DNA of 64,000 nucleotides from positions 2,656,001-2,720,000 of the forward strand of contig OZ255836.1 of assembly GCA_965277715.1 (NCBI GenBank), in the 5' to 3' direction. A model generated the notes under the pieces. It saw only the letters and a program-made list of their open reading frames with translations. It was not told the DNA's origin and searched no databases. This DNA comes from Gammaproteobacteria bacterium (GTDB lineage Bacteria; Pseudomonadota; Gammaproteobacteria; JBCCGL01). The translations under genes and the position numbers were made by a program. Numbering within the stretch: the first letter of the stretch is position 1; each line of letters opens with the position of its first letter. This document shows positions 41,995 to 50,803 of this stretch, one piece after another.

Positions 41995-43649
41995 TATGTG
42001 GCTTCAAAATGAAAGCCTGGGCGTTGCGCTGCCAGTGGTTCACGGCCCCGAATAAAATCGGCTGCCCGTTCAGCGATCATCTGCGTGGGGGCATTCAGGT
42101 TACCACTGACAATCGCCGGCATGACTGAAGCATCCACCACGTGCAGCCCATCGACACCGCGCACGCACAGCCGCGCATCGACTACTGCCTGCTCATCAAC
42201 ACCCATACGGCAGGTTCCACACGGGTGATAATCGGTCGATGTGGTATTGCGTATATAGGCTTCAATCGCCTGATCCGATTGCACCTCGGGGCACATTTCC
42301 GGGCCAGGCAGAATCCGCTTACCACGAAACGCATCAAACGCCGGTTGTGCCATTAGTTCCTGCATCGTTTTATACGCTTCGATCAACTCTTTAACATCGT
42401 AGGGGTCAGATAAATAATTAAACTGGGCCGCTGGTTTATCGGCGGGGTTATTTGAATTGAGGCGCACCTGCCCCCGGCTTTTGGGGCGCAGTTGGTCGGT
42501 ATTGATCTGATAACCCTGAAACAGCTCGATACGCCGACCGTGGTAAACATTGTAAACCGGGGTAAAGTGATACTGTAAATTGGGGTACGCCACCTCCTGG
42601 TTACCAAACACCAGCCCCCCCATTTCCCAGATATTTGACGCGCAAACTCCCTTGCGCGTCAGCAACCATTGCAACCCGGCTCTAACCTTGTGCAGGGGAT
42701 TACTCAAATAATTCAGGGTGATCGGTTGGGTACACGCAAAGGCGGTATCGACAGACAGGTGATCCTGCAGATTTTGCCCCACACCGGGCAAATCGATGAC
42801 CGGCTCAATACCCCGCTCACGCAGATGCAGCGCGGGGCCAATGCCCGATAACATAAGCAGTTGAGGGGATTTGATTGCCCCACACGACACAATCACTGAC
42901 CTGGCAGCGCGCACCGCCCTGCTTACCCCACGCCGTGTATAGCGCACCCCCACGGCGCGGCCATTCTCCACCAGAATACGCTCGACCAGCGTCCCTGTTT
43001 GCAGCGACACATTAGGCCGCTTTAACGCCGGTTTTAAGTGTGCCACTGCCGCGCTGCTGCGCCGCCCATTTTTAGTGGTGCTGTCCAGGCGGGCGATGCC
43101 CTCGGGTTTATAGCCGTTGAGATCATCGGAGACCCCTTGACCCGATTGAACACCCGCCTCCATCATCGCATCAAACAAGGGATTTTCCAGTGTGCCCTTA
43201 GTAACACCCAGCGGCCCGCTCCCGCCGCGCCACTCGTTCTCACCACGGTCAGATGACTCACACTTTTTAAAATAGGGCAGGCAGTGTTCAAAGCGCCACT
43301 GGGGTAAAGTAAATTCATCCGCCCAGTGGTCGTAATCCAGCGGGTGTCCGCGCATATATACCATCGAATTAATCGACGAAGAGCCACCGATCACCTTGCC
43401 CCGTGGCATCTCGATGGCCCGGTTATCACAGGCCGGTTCGGGTTCGGCCTTGTAATTCCAATTAATCCGGGGATCTTTATAAACGCTGTAAACCCCGGCG
43501 GGGATATGAATCAACAAATTGTGATCCATGGGGCCAGCTTCGAGCACCAACACCTGTGCATGCCCCCCCTCAGACAGTCGGTTTGCCAGCACGCATCCCG
43601 CCGAGCCTGCACCGAGTATGATGTAATCGTATTCCTGGGTTTCAGACAT
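41994..43649 (-). CDS. GMC-family FAD oxidoreductase (choline/isethionate dehydrogenase-like)
   Basis: GAGSAG, RGKVIGGSSSIN, GQNLQDH, YHPCGTCRMG, SGNLNAPT. Confidence 0.88.
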   Translation of the reverse strand: MSETQEYDYIILGAGSAGCVLANRLSEGGHAQVLVLEAGPMDHNLLIHIPAGVYSVYKDPRINWNYKAEPEPACDNRAIEMPRGKVIGGSSSINSMVYMRGHPLDYDHWADEFTLPQWRFEHCLPYFKKCESSDRGENEWRGGSGPLGVTKGTLENPLFDAMMEAGVQSGQGVSDDLNGYKPEGIARLDSTTKNGRRSSAAVAHLKPALKRPNVSLQTGTLVERILVENGRAVGVRYTRRGVSRAVRAARSVIVSCGAIKSPQLLMLSGIGPALHLRERGIEPVIDLPGVGQNLQDHLSVDTAFACTQPITLNYLSNPLHKVRAGLQWLLTRKGVCASNIWEMGGLVFGNQEVAYPNLQYHFTPVYNVYHGRRIELFQGYQINTDQLRPKSRGQVRLNSNNPADKPAAQFNYLSDPYDVKELIEAYKTMQELMAQPAFDAFRGKRILPGPEMCPEVQSDQAIEAYIRNTTSTDYHPCGTCRMGVDEQAVVDARLCVRGVDGLHVVDASVMPAIVSGNLNAPTQMIAERAADFIRGREPLAAQRPGFHFEAT

Positions 43650-43806
43650 GGAGGGATAACGCATTAATGAAAGAGCGACGGTTATCCTAGAGCGTGCAGA
43701 TTTTTAAATCTACAGCCCCCCTTGATTTTTTTTCAGCCGTCGCTATTTATCATCCTGCGCAGGTTGGGTCTCAAAGAGAGCAACCTTGCGTAAGGTACTT
43801 TTTTTA

Positions 43807-43830
43807 ATATTGCTTCTTTTGGAGAATATA
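43807..43830 (+). promoter_or_regulatory. ROSE-like RNA thermometer hairpin over the ibpA RBS
   Basis: ATATTGCTTC-tttt-GGAGAATAT: a UUGCU motif pairs with the GGAG Shine-Dalgarno, with an upstream hairpin at about 43757-43790. Confidence 0.65.
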
Positions 43831-43832
43831 GT

Positions 43833-44288
43833 ATGAACACCATCGATTTAACCCCCCTCTACCGCAGCACTGTTGGTTTTGACCGCTTTGGTTCACTGCT
43901 GAATACCGCGCTACGCGGCGAACAGGTTTCTGCCGGTTACCCCCCTTACAACATCGAAGTGACCGGTGACGACCAGTACGACATCACCCTGGCAATCGCA
44001 GGCTTTGAAAACAGCGAGCTAGACATACAGGTGGAACAGGGCGTACTCACCGTACGCGGCAAAAAAGTAGCGGCGGACAACACCCGCACATACCTGTATC
44101 AGGGCATTGCCAACCGTAGCTTTGAGCGTAAATTCACCCTCGCGGACCACGTTGAAGTGACGGATGCAACATTTGAAAACGGTCTGTTAAGCATCAGCTT
44201 AGTCAAGGAAATACCTGAGGCGATGAAGCCGAAAAAAATTGCCATTAACAGTACCGAAAAAGTTATTCCTCACAGCAAGGCCGCGTAA
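43833..44288 (+). CDS. ibpA: Small heat-shock protein (Hsp20)
   Basis: DLTPLYRSTVGFDR, YPPYNIE, YQGIA.R.FER.F.LAD, NGLL. Confidence 0.93.
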   Translation: MNTIDLTPLYRSTVGFDRFGSLLNTALRGEQVSAGYPPYNIEVTGDDQYDITLAIAGFENSELDIQVEQGVLTVRGKKVAADNTRTYLYQGIANRSFERKFTLADHVEVTDATFENGLLSISLVKEIPEAMKPKKIAINSTEKVIPHSKAA

Positions 44289-44299
44289 AACCGGGTGTT

Positions 44300-44328
44300 C
44301 TGGCAGCGGTAGCACATACCGCTGCCAG
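44300..44328 (+). terminator. Hairpin after ibpA (no T-tract; island begins immediately after)
   Basis: CTGGCAGCGGTA-gcaca-TACCGCTGCCAG. Confidence 0.55.
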
Positions 44329-44410
44329 GAGCCTGTCGGGCCTAGCTCCCGTGCCAACCAAAACCTGAAAATTTTGGGGCGCACCGTTTTTTCCGAATAA
44401 AGCAATAAAG

Positions 44411-44626
44411 GGTACTGACCCCAATACCGCTAGTGCAGTTGAAGGTGTAGCTAGTGGCGTAAAAGTGACTTCAGGGCAATTAATTGGTGTAACAGATTTA
44501 AGTGGTCGATCTTCTGGCCCGCATCTACATTTCACAGTGCAGACTGGTTCAAGCCATTCAACTCGTTACAATCCGGTTGACTATTTTCGAAGAAATATTC
44601 CAACTTTAAATATTAGTTACAAATAG
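44411..44626 (+). pseudogene. Startless C-terminal fragment of an M23 peptidase (orphan toxin tip)
   Basis: Manual translation: GVKVTSGQLIGVTDLSGRSSGPHLHFTVQ...RYNPVDYF...YK*, containing the M23 GxxIG...GPHLHF...P motifs. Confidence 0.75.
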
Positions 44627-44655
44627 CTCAGCATATAGAAAGAGATTAGATAGAT

Positions 44656-45117
44656 ATGGTTAAACTTGTAAAACAGAATTTGCTTTGCATACTTTTGGTG
44701 TCATGCACTTTGTCGGCTCAAAATTTGGCAGATGAAGCGTTAAATTTACTGAAAAATGAACGAAAAAACCTTACTGATATAAGATTAATTGATATTGAAG
44801 ATTATGATCGGTGGGATCAGGTTAATCTTGCGAATCAACAATGTGCTTTTGTTAAACAATTTGATTTAACACACGATGGAAAGAAAGAACTATTTTTAGC
44901 AGGGTATAGTAAAAAGTTTAGTAATGCCTATTTGTTAATATTTTCTACCAATCCCTTAGATTTGCTGAAAGTTCAAGAATTTTCTCATCCTCAATTATGT
45001 ATTGTTAAGTCGCAAAACAGTCTCCGTGTTATTAACAAATTCGGTACAGAAATGGAGGGAGATATAATCTGGGATGGGATGGAGATTAACTTTGTACCGT
45101 ATATTCCAGATTATTAA
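44656..45117 (+). CDS. Hypothetical exported/lipoprotein, putative immunity protein
   Basis: AT-rich, lipobox-like LLVSC at the N-terminus, starts 30 bp after the M23 fragment. Confidence 0.55.
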   Translation: MVKLVKQNLLCILLVSCTLSAQNLADEALNLLKNERKNLTDIRLIDIEDYDRWDQVNLANQQCAFVKQFDLTHDGKKELFLAGYSKKFSNAYLLIFSTNPLDLLKVQEFSHPQLCIVKSQNSLRVINKFGTEMEGDIIWDGMEINFVPYIPDY

Positions 45118-45138
45118 AAAATAGGTGCCAGGTCCACA

Positions 45139-45543
45139 TTAATTTCTGATGGTCTGACTTTCGCCGACCAGCTTTTGCATATTGGACCGTGCCACTAAAC
45201 CATCAAGCATAATCACCAGTGCTTGTTGGTCCTGGTCGGGTAAATTATCGACTTTCTCGTAGAGGTGCAACAGTTTATTGTTGCGGATTTTGGGTTCGGA
45301 AATGGACTCAGTGCGGCCGACGAGTTCATCAAGGCTGACCTTTAGAATATCAGCAATCTTAATCAATGTATCCAGTTGGGGCATATTGCTACCGCGCTCC
45401 CAACGGTTGTAGGCACGCGGGTCTATATCCAATAAACTAGCGAGCCGTGCTTGCGTCATACTCCTTTCCTCTCTTAGCTGCTTGAGCCTTTTGGCAAAGT
45501 CGATCATGGGAATCAGTTCAATCAAGTTGTTACTGGTTGGCAT
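45139..45543 (-). CDS. XRE-family transcriptional regulator
   Basis: RLKQLREERSMTQARLA...YNRWERG...P.LDTLIKIADILKVSLDELVG. Confidence 0.9.
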   Translation of the reverse strand: MPTSNNLIELIPMIDFAKRLKQLREERSMTQARLASLLDIDPRAYNRWERGSNMPQLDTLIKIADILKVSLDELVGRTESISEPKIRNNKLLHLYEKVDNLPDQDQQALVIMLDGLVARSNMQKLVGESQTIRN

Positions 45544-45712
45544 TATATGGCCTCATTAAAATTGTCAATTTGATAATCATCATATATGTCTATTGACACT
45601 ATTTTTAATTAATGCAGAAATTATGCGCAATGGCTGGCTTCAGTTAGCGGTATAAAACCATCACATCATTTTTTTCCTTTAGCCGCTAACACAAGCCATT
45701 CCATTGGCCGCT

Positions 45713-45741
45713 GCGCCGCATAATTTGCATTATGTGTAAAT
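45713..45741. other. dif-like (Xer-type) recombination site
   Basis: GCGCCGCATAA-TTTGCA-TTATGTGTAAAT compared with E. coli dif GGTGCGCATAA-TGTATA-TTATGTTAAAT; the right arm has one extra base. Confidence 0.55.
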
Positions 45742-45947
45742 GCTGCGGTGGCTGTAAGGGTATTGTTGCTGATGCAACAATATAACTCTTTGTCCCCCCT
45801 GAATCCCCCCAGGGTGGACGTTGCCAATTATTAATCCTGGCTCGCTTCGCTTGCCAGTATCAATAATCGCCTCGGCGGCTGAGGAAAAAGGTGCGTCGGG
45901 AATTTTTTTGCTACAATGAACCTTGAACTGGAAAAACTGAGTGATAA

Positions 45948-46430
45948 GTGTTTGTAGCCACTAGCGAAAATCCCATCTTTGCCTACGATGTGCGTTGGTG
46001 TCATCCACATGCACAAGAGGGGCAACAAAATCCATTATATGCAGTTGCTGACGGCAAAGTATTTCGTGCGGGTTATCAAAACCCTAATGACGCTGATAGC
46101 GGGCTAGGTTTCAGGTTATCGACTAGTGATGAAGATGGGTATTATCAGTATGGTCATTTAGATCCGGATAGTCTTACTGTTAGTGTGGGAGACACGATAA
46201 AGAAAGGAAACCTTATCGGTAGTTACGCTGATCCTACAAATGGGGGTTCAAGCGGTCCTCATGTGCATTTAGAAAGGAGGTTGTGGTCTAATCCTCGAGT
46301 GACTGTAAATCCAGGTAATATATCACCTCTTAGACCTACTGGAGTAATATCTGCCCACTGGAATAGAACTGATAGAGTGCATAAAACACCGCATCAAGGG
46401 ATAGATTGGGCTTACCCAAGGAGTGATTAA
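45948..46430 (+). CDS. M23 peptidase domain (orphan toxin tip; zinc motifs in permuted order)
   Basis: YAVADGKV, YGHL, VGDTIKKGNLIG, SSGPHVHLE, then HQGID at the extreme C-terminus. The start is uncertain and this is probably a fragment. Confidence 0.75.
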   Translation: MFVATSENPIFAYDVRWCHPHAQEGQQNPLYAVADGKVFRAGYQNPNDADSGLGFRLSTSDEDGYYQYGHLDPDSLTVSVGDTIKKGNLIGSYADPTNGGSSGPHVHLERRLWSNPRVTVNPGNISPLRPTGVISAHWNRTDRVHKTPHQGIDWAYPRSD

Positions 46431-46963
46431 TGTCTAAGTATATATGTTTTTTAATTTGTGTTTTGATTACTGGAGCCTGTAATGCTAGTAATTTGATTTC
46501 TTGTGGTTCTTCTTCACTAGATGTTACAGTTGAAAAGCACTATGAGGGGCAAAGCGTTTTTATCAGGATATTTGATAGCGAAGGGAAAAAATTGCTGTTT
46601 CCTATTTTGATAAATAAAGGAAAATTTCTTTCTTTGTGTGAACAAAGTAAATTCTTATTAATTAATGATACTGCTCATTACAAGCCTGGAGCGTCTTTTT
46701 TAATGAGATACGATGGTCAGGTATTGGCGAGTTTTGAATTTGGACTAATAGCTAGTATTGAGAAGTCCGAAGATGATAAATTATTTTGGGTTCAGAACTT
46801 TGACATTTTAGAAGATAGAAGACCAGTAACTATTTTAAATGTCTATAATGAACATGGAGATAGTGTTGTCAACCAGACGTTTAAGAATCGACAAATCTAT
46901 TCGTTAAATGTAAATGATGTTGAATACCATATCTCAATAAAGGCACCTGAATATCCAGGGTAA
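46430..46963 (+). CDS. Hypothetical exported/lipoprotein, putative immunity protein
   Basis: TAATG overlap with the M23 ORF; signal peptide with ITGAC; very AT-rich. Confidence 0.6.
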   Translation: MSKYICFLICVLITGACNASNLISCGSSSLDVTVEKHYEGQSVFIRIFDSEGKKLLFPILINKGKFLSLCEQSKFLLINDTAHYKPGASFLMRYDGQVLASFEFGLIASIEKSEDDKLFWVQNFDILEDRRPVTILNVYNEHGDSVVNQTFKNRQIYSLNVNDVEYHISIKAPEYPG

Positions 46964-47091
46964 TTATCTAGCCACCATCCGATTAAGCTGTGCCTTTTTG
47001 ATAAGGCTATCAATCACTTGGTAAACGATCAATTAAGAGCGTTCTATATTTTACGTTCGATTTTCTTCAGACTGTTTTTAAGTTAAATTTT

Positions 47092-47890
47092 TTGGAGGAT
47101 TTCATGAACAAACGCAGTCGAGACAGCCAGCCCAACGGGCTCGGGCAACTGGCGCAGGTCAGCGACAGCCAGGGCTATATTGAGCGCTATGAGTACGACC
47201 GACTCGGCCGCAACCAGTTAACCCGCACCACCTTGCCCGGACACGGGGAATACACCCAACGGCAAACCTTCGATGCTTACGGTCGGCTATTTCAACAGTT
47301 CGACGCCAGCAGTGGCCAGCGCAACAACGGGGTGCGGGGGCTGCAGTATCGTTACAATGCTTTAGGTTTTCAGCAGTGTATTGAATCGGTGCGTCGCAGT
47401 GGCGACCGCCCGCAGTTGATTTATTACGAAGTCGAGCAAGTGGATGTCCGTGGCAACATCACCCGCAGTCGTCAAGGCAATGGCATTGTCACCGCCAAAA
47501 CCTACAACGCCGCCACGGGTCGGCTTGAGCAAGTCAATGGCACGCGGCTTGATCAAAGCCAAGTACAAGCACTCACCTATGAATGGGACCGCCTTGGTAA
47601 CTTAACTCGCCGCCAAGAGGGCAGTGGCAATAGTGATTTGACGGAGGTGTTTAGATATGACCGAATGAATCGGCTGGTTAATGTATGGTTGATGTATGGA
47701 TTCCACAGAGTTACAAATCATACCCTACGCTACGATAAAATTGGCAATATCACCTACAAATCCGATGTGGGCAACTATCAATACGGCGCCAATGGCGCAG
47801 ACCCCCATGCGGTGACCAGTGCAGGCGGTGCCAGCTATGCCTACAATGCCAATGGCAACCAAATCCGTGGTGATAACCGCACCCTGCAAT
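47092..47890 (+). pseudogene. Rhs/YD-repeat core fragment truncated by IS3
   Basis: YEYDRLGR, FDAYGR, YEWDRLGNL, YDRMNRL, YDKIGNITYKSDVGNYQY, PHAV, YAYNANGN; the frame runs into the IS left end. Confidence 0.88.
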
Positions 47891-47955
47891 TGATGTGGCT
47901 ACACTAATTCGGACCCCTCACTTGAAGTAAACTGAGTTTACGCGAGGAACCGAAA

Positions 47956-48243
47956 ATGAAAGAGAAGCAATCCTATACGGCTGATTTTAGAGAGTCAGCG
48001 GTTAAATTAGTCCTGAAAAACGACCAGCCTATAGCCGCGACCGCACGCGAACTGGGCGTGAACGAGAATACTTTGCATACCTGGATCAGCAAGTATAGCC
48101 AACCGAAAGCGGATGGCAGTGGCCACAGCGATGAGCACTTATATGATGAACTCAAACAGTTGAAAAAAGAAAACGCGCGTTTGAAAGAGGAACGCGACCT
48201 GTTAAAAAAGGCGGCCGCGTACTTTGCCAAGGAACAAGCGTGA
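47956..48243 (+). CDS. IS3 transposase OrfA
   Basis: YTADFRESAV, ARELGV...TL..W, LKEERDLLKKAAAYFA. Confidence 0.92.
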   Translation: MKEKQSYTADFRESAVKLVLKNDQPIAATARELGVNENTLHTWISKYSQPKADGSGHSDEHLYDELKQLKKENARLKEERDLLKKAAAYFAKEQA

Positions 48244-49102
48244 AGTACGCCTGGATACAGCAACATCAATCCGGCTATGGTGTTCGACCTCTTTGTCGCT
48301 TTATGGCGGTTTCCATTAGCGGCTATTATGCGTGGTCAAAACAATGCACCACAGCACGCTATCAGGAAGATCAACAGCTGACAGAACGTCTGCACGTCTT
48401 TTTTGAGCAAGGACGAGGGACTTATGGTGCCCGGCGTTTAAAGCATTTGTTTGCCAATGAAGGGTTCGTATCAGTCGCCGCCGAATAGGCCGTCTCATGG
48501 TACAAGCAGGGCTTTGTTGCCGTACCAAACGTAAGTTCAAAGTGACAACAGACTCCAAACACCATAACCCCATTGCGCCCAATCATCTGAATCGAGCCTT
48601 CACCGTTGAACAACCTGACCGCTGTTATGTTGGTGACATTACCTCCATCTGGACGCAACAGGGCTGGCTTTACCTGGCCGTCGTGATTGACCTGTTCTCT
48701 CGTCAAATAGTGGGTTGGTCTATCCAATCACACATGAGAACCAGTCTGGTGGATGACACATTGCTGATGGCGATTTGGCGGCGTAAGTCCAAAGCTGGCC
48801 TGCTATGGCACACAGATCGTGGCTGCCAGTATGCCTCTAATCACCATCGCCGCTTACTAAAACAACACCATATTATTCAAAGTATGAGCTGCAAAGGCAA
48901 TTGCTGGGATAACAGCGTGGCTGAAAGTTTTTTCCACACCTTGAAAACCGAATTAATTTACCCACAAACCGGGTCAACCCGAGAGGAGGTCAGACAAGCT
49001 ATTTTTGAATATATTGAAGTCTTTTACAATCGCCAGCGATTACATTCCGCTAATGGCTATTTGTCACCCGTGGATTATGAACTGTCTAAAAAGATCGCTT
49101 AA
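48240..49102 (+). pseudogene. IS3 transposase OrfB, frameshifted near 48470-48497
   Basis: Split into 82-aa and 201-aa ORFs; GDIT, WLYLAVVIDL, HTDRG, GNCWDN...ESFF, YNRQRLHS. Confidence 0.88.
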
Positions 49103-49155
49103 ACATGTGTCCGATAATGTGTTGACACATCAGAGTGGCTGTGAAAGAACGTGTA

Positions 49156-49914
49156 ATGACTGGTGCAATATCGACTTATTTGCCCGAAAAGTGCTATGGA
49201 TTTATCAAAGGGGATGATGGTAAAGACTACTTTTTCCATGAGCAAGATTTTGATGATAAACAGCAGATAAGTGGTTTGTGTGAAGCGGCTTTCGTCGAAT
49301 TTGACCAGCAGGCTACACCAAAGGGATATAAGGCCCGGCGCTGTCGACTTATCGATGCTGCAAAAGTTATGACCTATGTCACGCCGGATGGCGTTCTCAC
49401 TTCGCGTTCAAATAGTATTCGCGGTTGGGATATGGTGGAGTGTGGAGGTTGGATTGTGCATGGCACTTCATCAGGTTCACCCGATGCGGCAAGAAAGGAG
49501 GTAATAAAGCATGCGATATTATTAGAAGCCAATGCGGTAGTTGAGCTTGAATACTACAAGACAACAGGATCGGAGCAAGGCACGGGAAGAGGTACACACT
49601 ATTATACAATTCACAATTTTCGTGGGCGTCCAGCCGTTGTCGCTAAACGAAATGCGAGAGGGCAATATCGAAAAGAAGATCTATTGGGCGTAAACGAACG
49701 AGCGCAGAAGATGAAAGATAAATTTGAGGAAGAGGCTAACAGGAGTGCAAATTGGAGTCTTATCGTATCCGTCGTGCTTGCCGCTATTATCTATTTTGCG
49801 TGGGATGAATCCACACAGGCAGTGGTCATTTGTGTAATTATCGGCTGCATTTCCATAGCTCTTCTAGACTCGTCAGACGATGGTAAATGGTTGGAAAAGG
49901 TGGGTGAATCCTAA
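49156..49914 (+). CDS. Cold-shock-domain protein with two C-terminal TM helices
   Basis: N-terminal CSD (YGFIKGDDGKDYFFH), central ANAVV-containing domain, two hydrophobic helices. Confidence 0.75.
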   Translation: MTGAISTYLPEKCYGFIKGDDGKDYFFHEQDFDDKQQISGLCEAAFVEFDQQATPKGYKARRCRLIDAAKVMTYVTPDGVLTSRSNSIRGWDMVECGGWIVHGTSSGSPDAARKEVIKHAILLEANAVVELEYYKTTGSEQGTGRGTHYYTIHNFRGRPAVVAKRNARGQYRKEDLLGVNERAQKMKDKFEEEANRSANWSLIVSVVLAAIIYFAWDESTQAVVICVIIGCISIALLDSSDDGKWLEKVGES

Positions 49915-50027
49915 GATATTTTTCGCCTATTTTGCTCTGTTACATGCCACAAGAAAACGTCTTCTTTTTCACCTATTGAAAAGACACTTAAAGCGCCTAT
50001 ACTACTAAGTATAGGTGACGGAATAAG

Positions 50028-50408
50028 ATGATGAATACGACAATAACTTCTGCGAAAGAGAACTCAGAACCTAGCGCATTGCGTAGCTGGGTGCTGTTCT
50101 TCTTAACGTTACTGGCTGCCTTCATAGCCTGGAATGTGGCAGAGGCGCTTGGTGCCGACACCCTGTTTCAAGTCGTAATTGCGGTATTTGTCCTTGCCAT
50201 CAACCGCGATATCCGTGAAGGGTTTATTGAAGGTATTATGACGAATCTTAATCGTGAGGCAGCGCCCACGTCTTGCGAAGATCGAGAGATCATCGATGAC
50301 AATGGCGGCGACTATAGTATTGGCCATGAAAAGGGTTGGGGATATGATTCGGATGGCAATTACACTTATGGATGGAAGTTGCATCCAGGGAGCCACAGGC
50401 TTCGTTAG
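50028..50408 (+). CDS. Small 2-TM protein convergent on traG (entry-exclusion-like candidate), copy A
   Basis: Near-identical to 52081..52446 up to EDREIIDD, then a different tail. Confidence 0.6.
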   Translation: MMNTTITSAKENSEPSALRSWVLFFLTLLAAFIAWNVAEALGADTLFQVVIAVFVLAINRDIREGFIEGIMTNLNREAAPTSCEDREIIDDNGGDYSIGHEKGWGYDSDGNYTYGWKLHPGSHRLR

Positions 50409-50734
50409 ATTCCAGAACGATTCACCCCGCCAGCGAGGGCTGGTGGGGTGAGTGCTCCCTGGCCTCTGCCTGCGCCTGTTGCTGATTTAGCTACATCTTT
50501 TACATCCCCACCAAACGCTGCATTATCCAAGCTGCTGCCCGCCTTCCAGCCCGCCATGGTCAGGACGGGCGAGCAGAGCAGCGCCATTGGTTAAGCCTTT
50601 CACAGCCGTTTTGGCACCCCATTTGGCTATACCCCCCCACCACATCACCGCCCGTTTTTAGTAGGCCCTTGGGGGTGTACTTGAAATTCCACGCTTTGCT
50701 TGCCAGGTTACGTGTCGTTGCACGCCAGCTCACT
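50405..50734 (-). pseudogene. Deleted traG C-terminal remnant
   Basis: VLTMAGWKAGSSLDNAAFGGDV is shared with 52511..53146; internal deletion. Confidence 0.7.
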
Positions 50735-50803
50735 ATACAAATATGTTAAAGAGGCTGATCAAGACATGGCGTGAAATACACTCTCCAACTAATCAGGCTT
50801 ACC

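Larger units (their letters stand above)
47891..49132 (+). mobile_element. IS3-family insertion sequence (degenerate)
   Basis: IRL TGATGTGGCTACACTAATTCGGAC; IRR reverse complement TGATGTGTCAACACATTATCGGAC; orfA/orfB inside; no flanking duplication. Confidence 0.92.
49937..50734. repeat. Copy A of duplicated unit (small membrane gene + traG 3' fragment)
   Basis: 49937-~50300 matches 51989-~52356; 50502-50734 matches 52551-53132 with a 350-bp internal deletion at a GCGAG microhomology. Confidence 0.9.

Noticed and set aside
41994-43649. Calling the GMC gene betA
   Set aside because: There is no betB/betI context, and family motifs alone do not fix the substrate.
45713-45741. The chromosomal dif site itself
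   Set aside because: The XerD-side arm has an extra base and the site lies within an accessory island, so it is kept only as dif-like.
48470-48497. Programmed frameshift within IS3 orfB
   Set aside because: IS3 programmed shifts occur at the orfA/orfB junction; this break is internal to orfB and looks like decay or a sequencing error.
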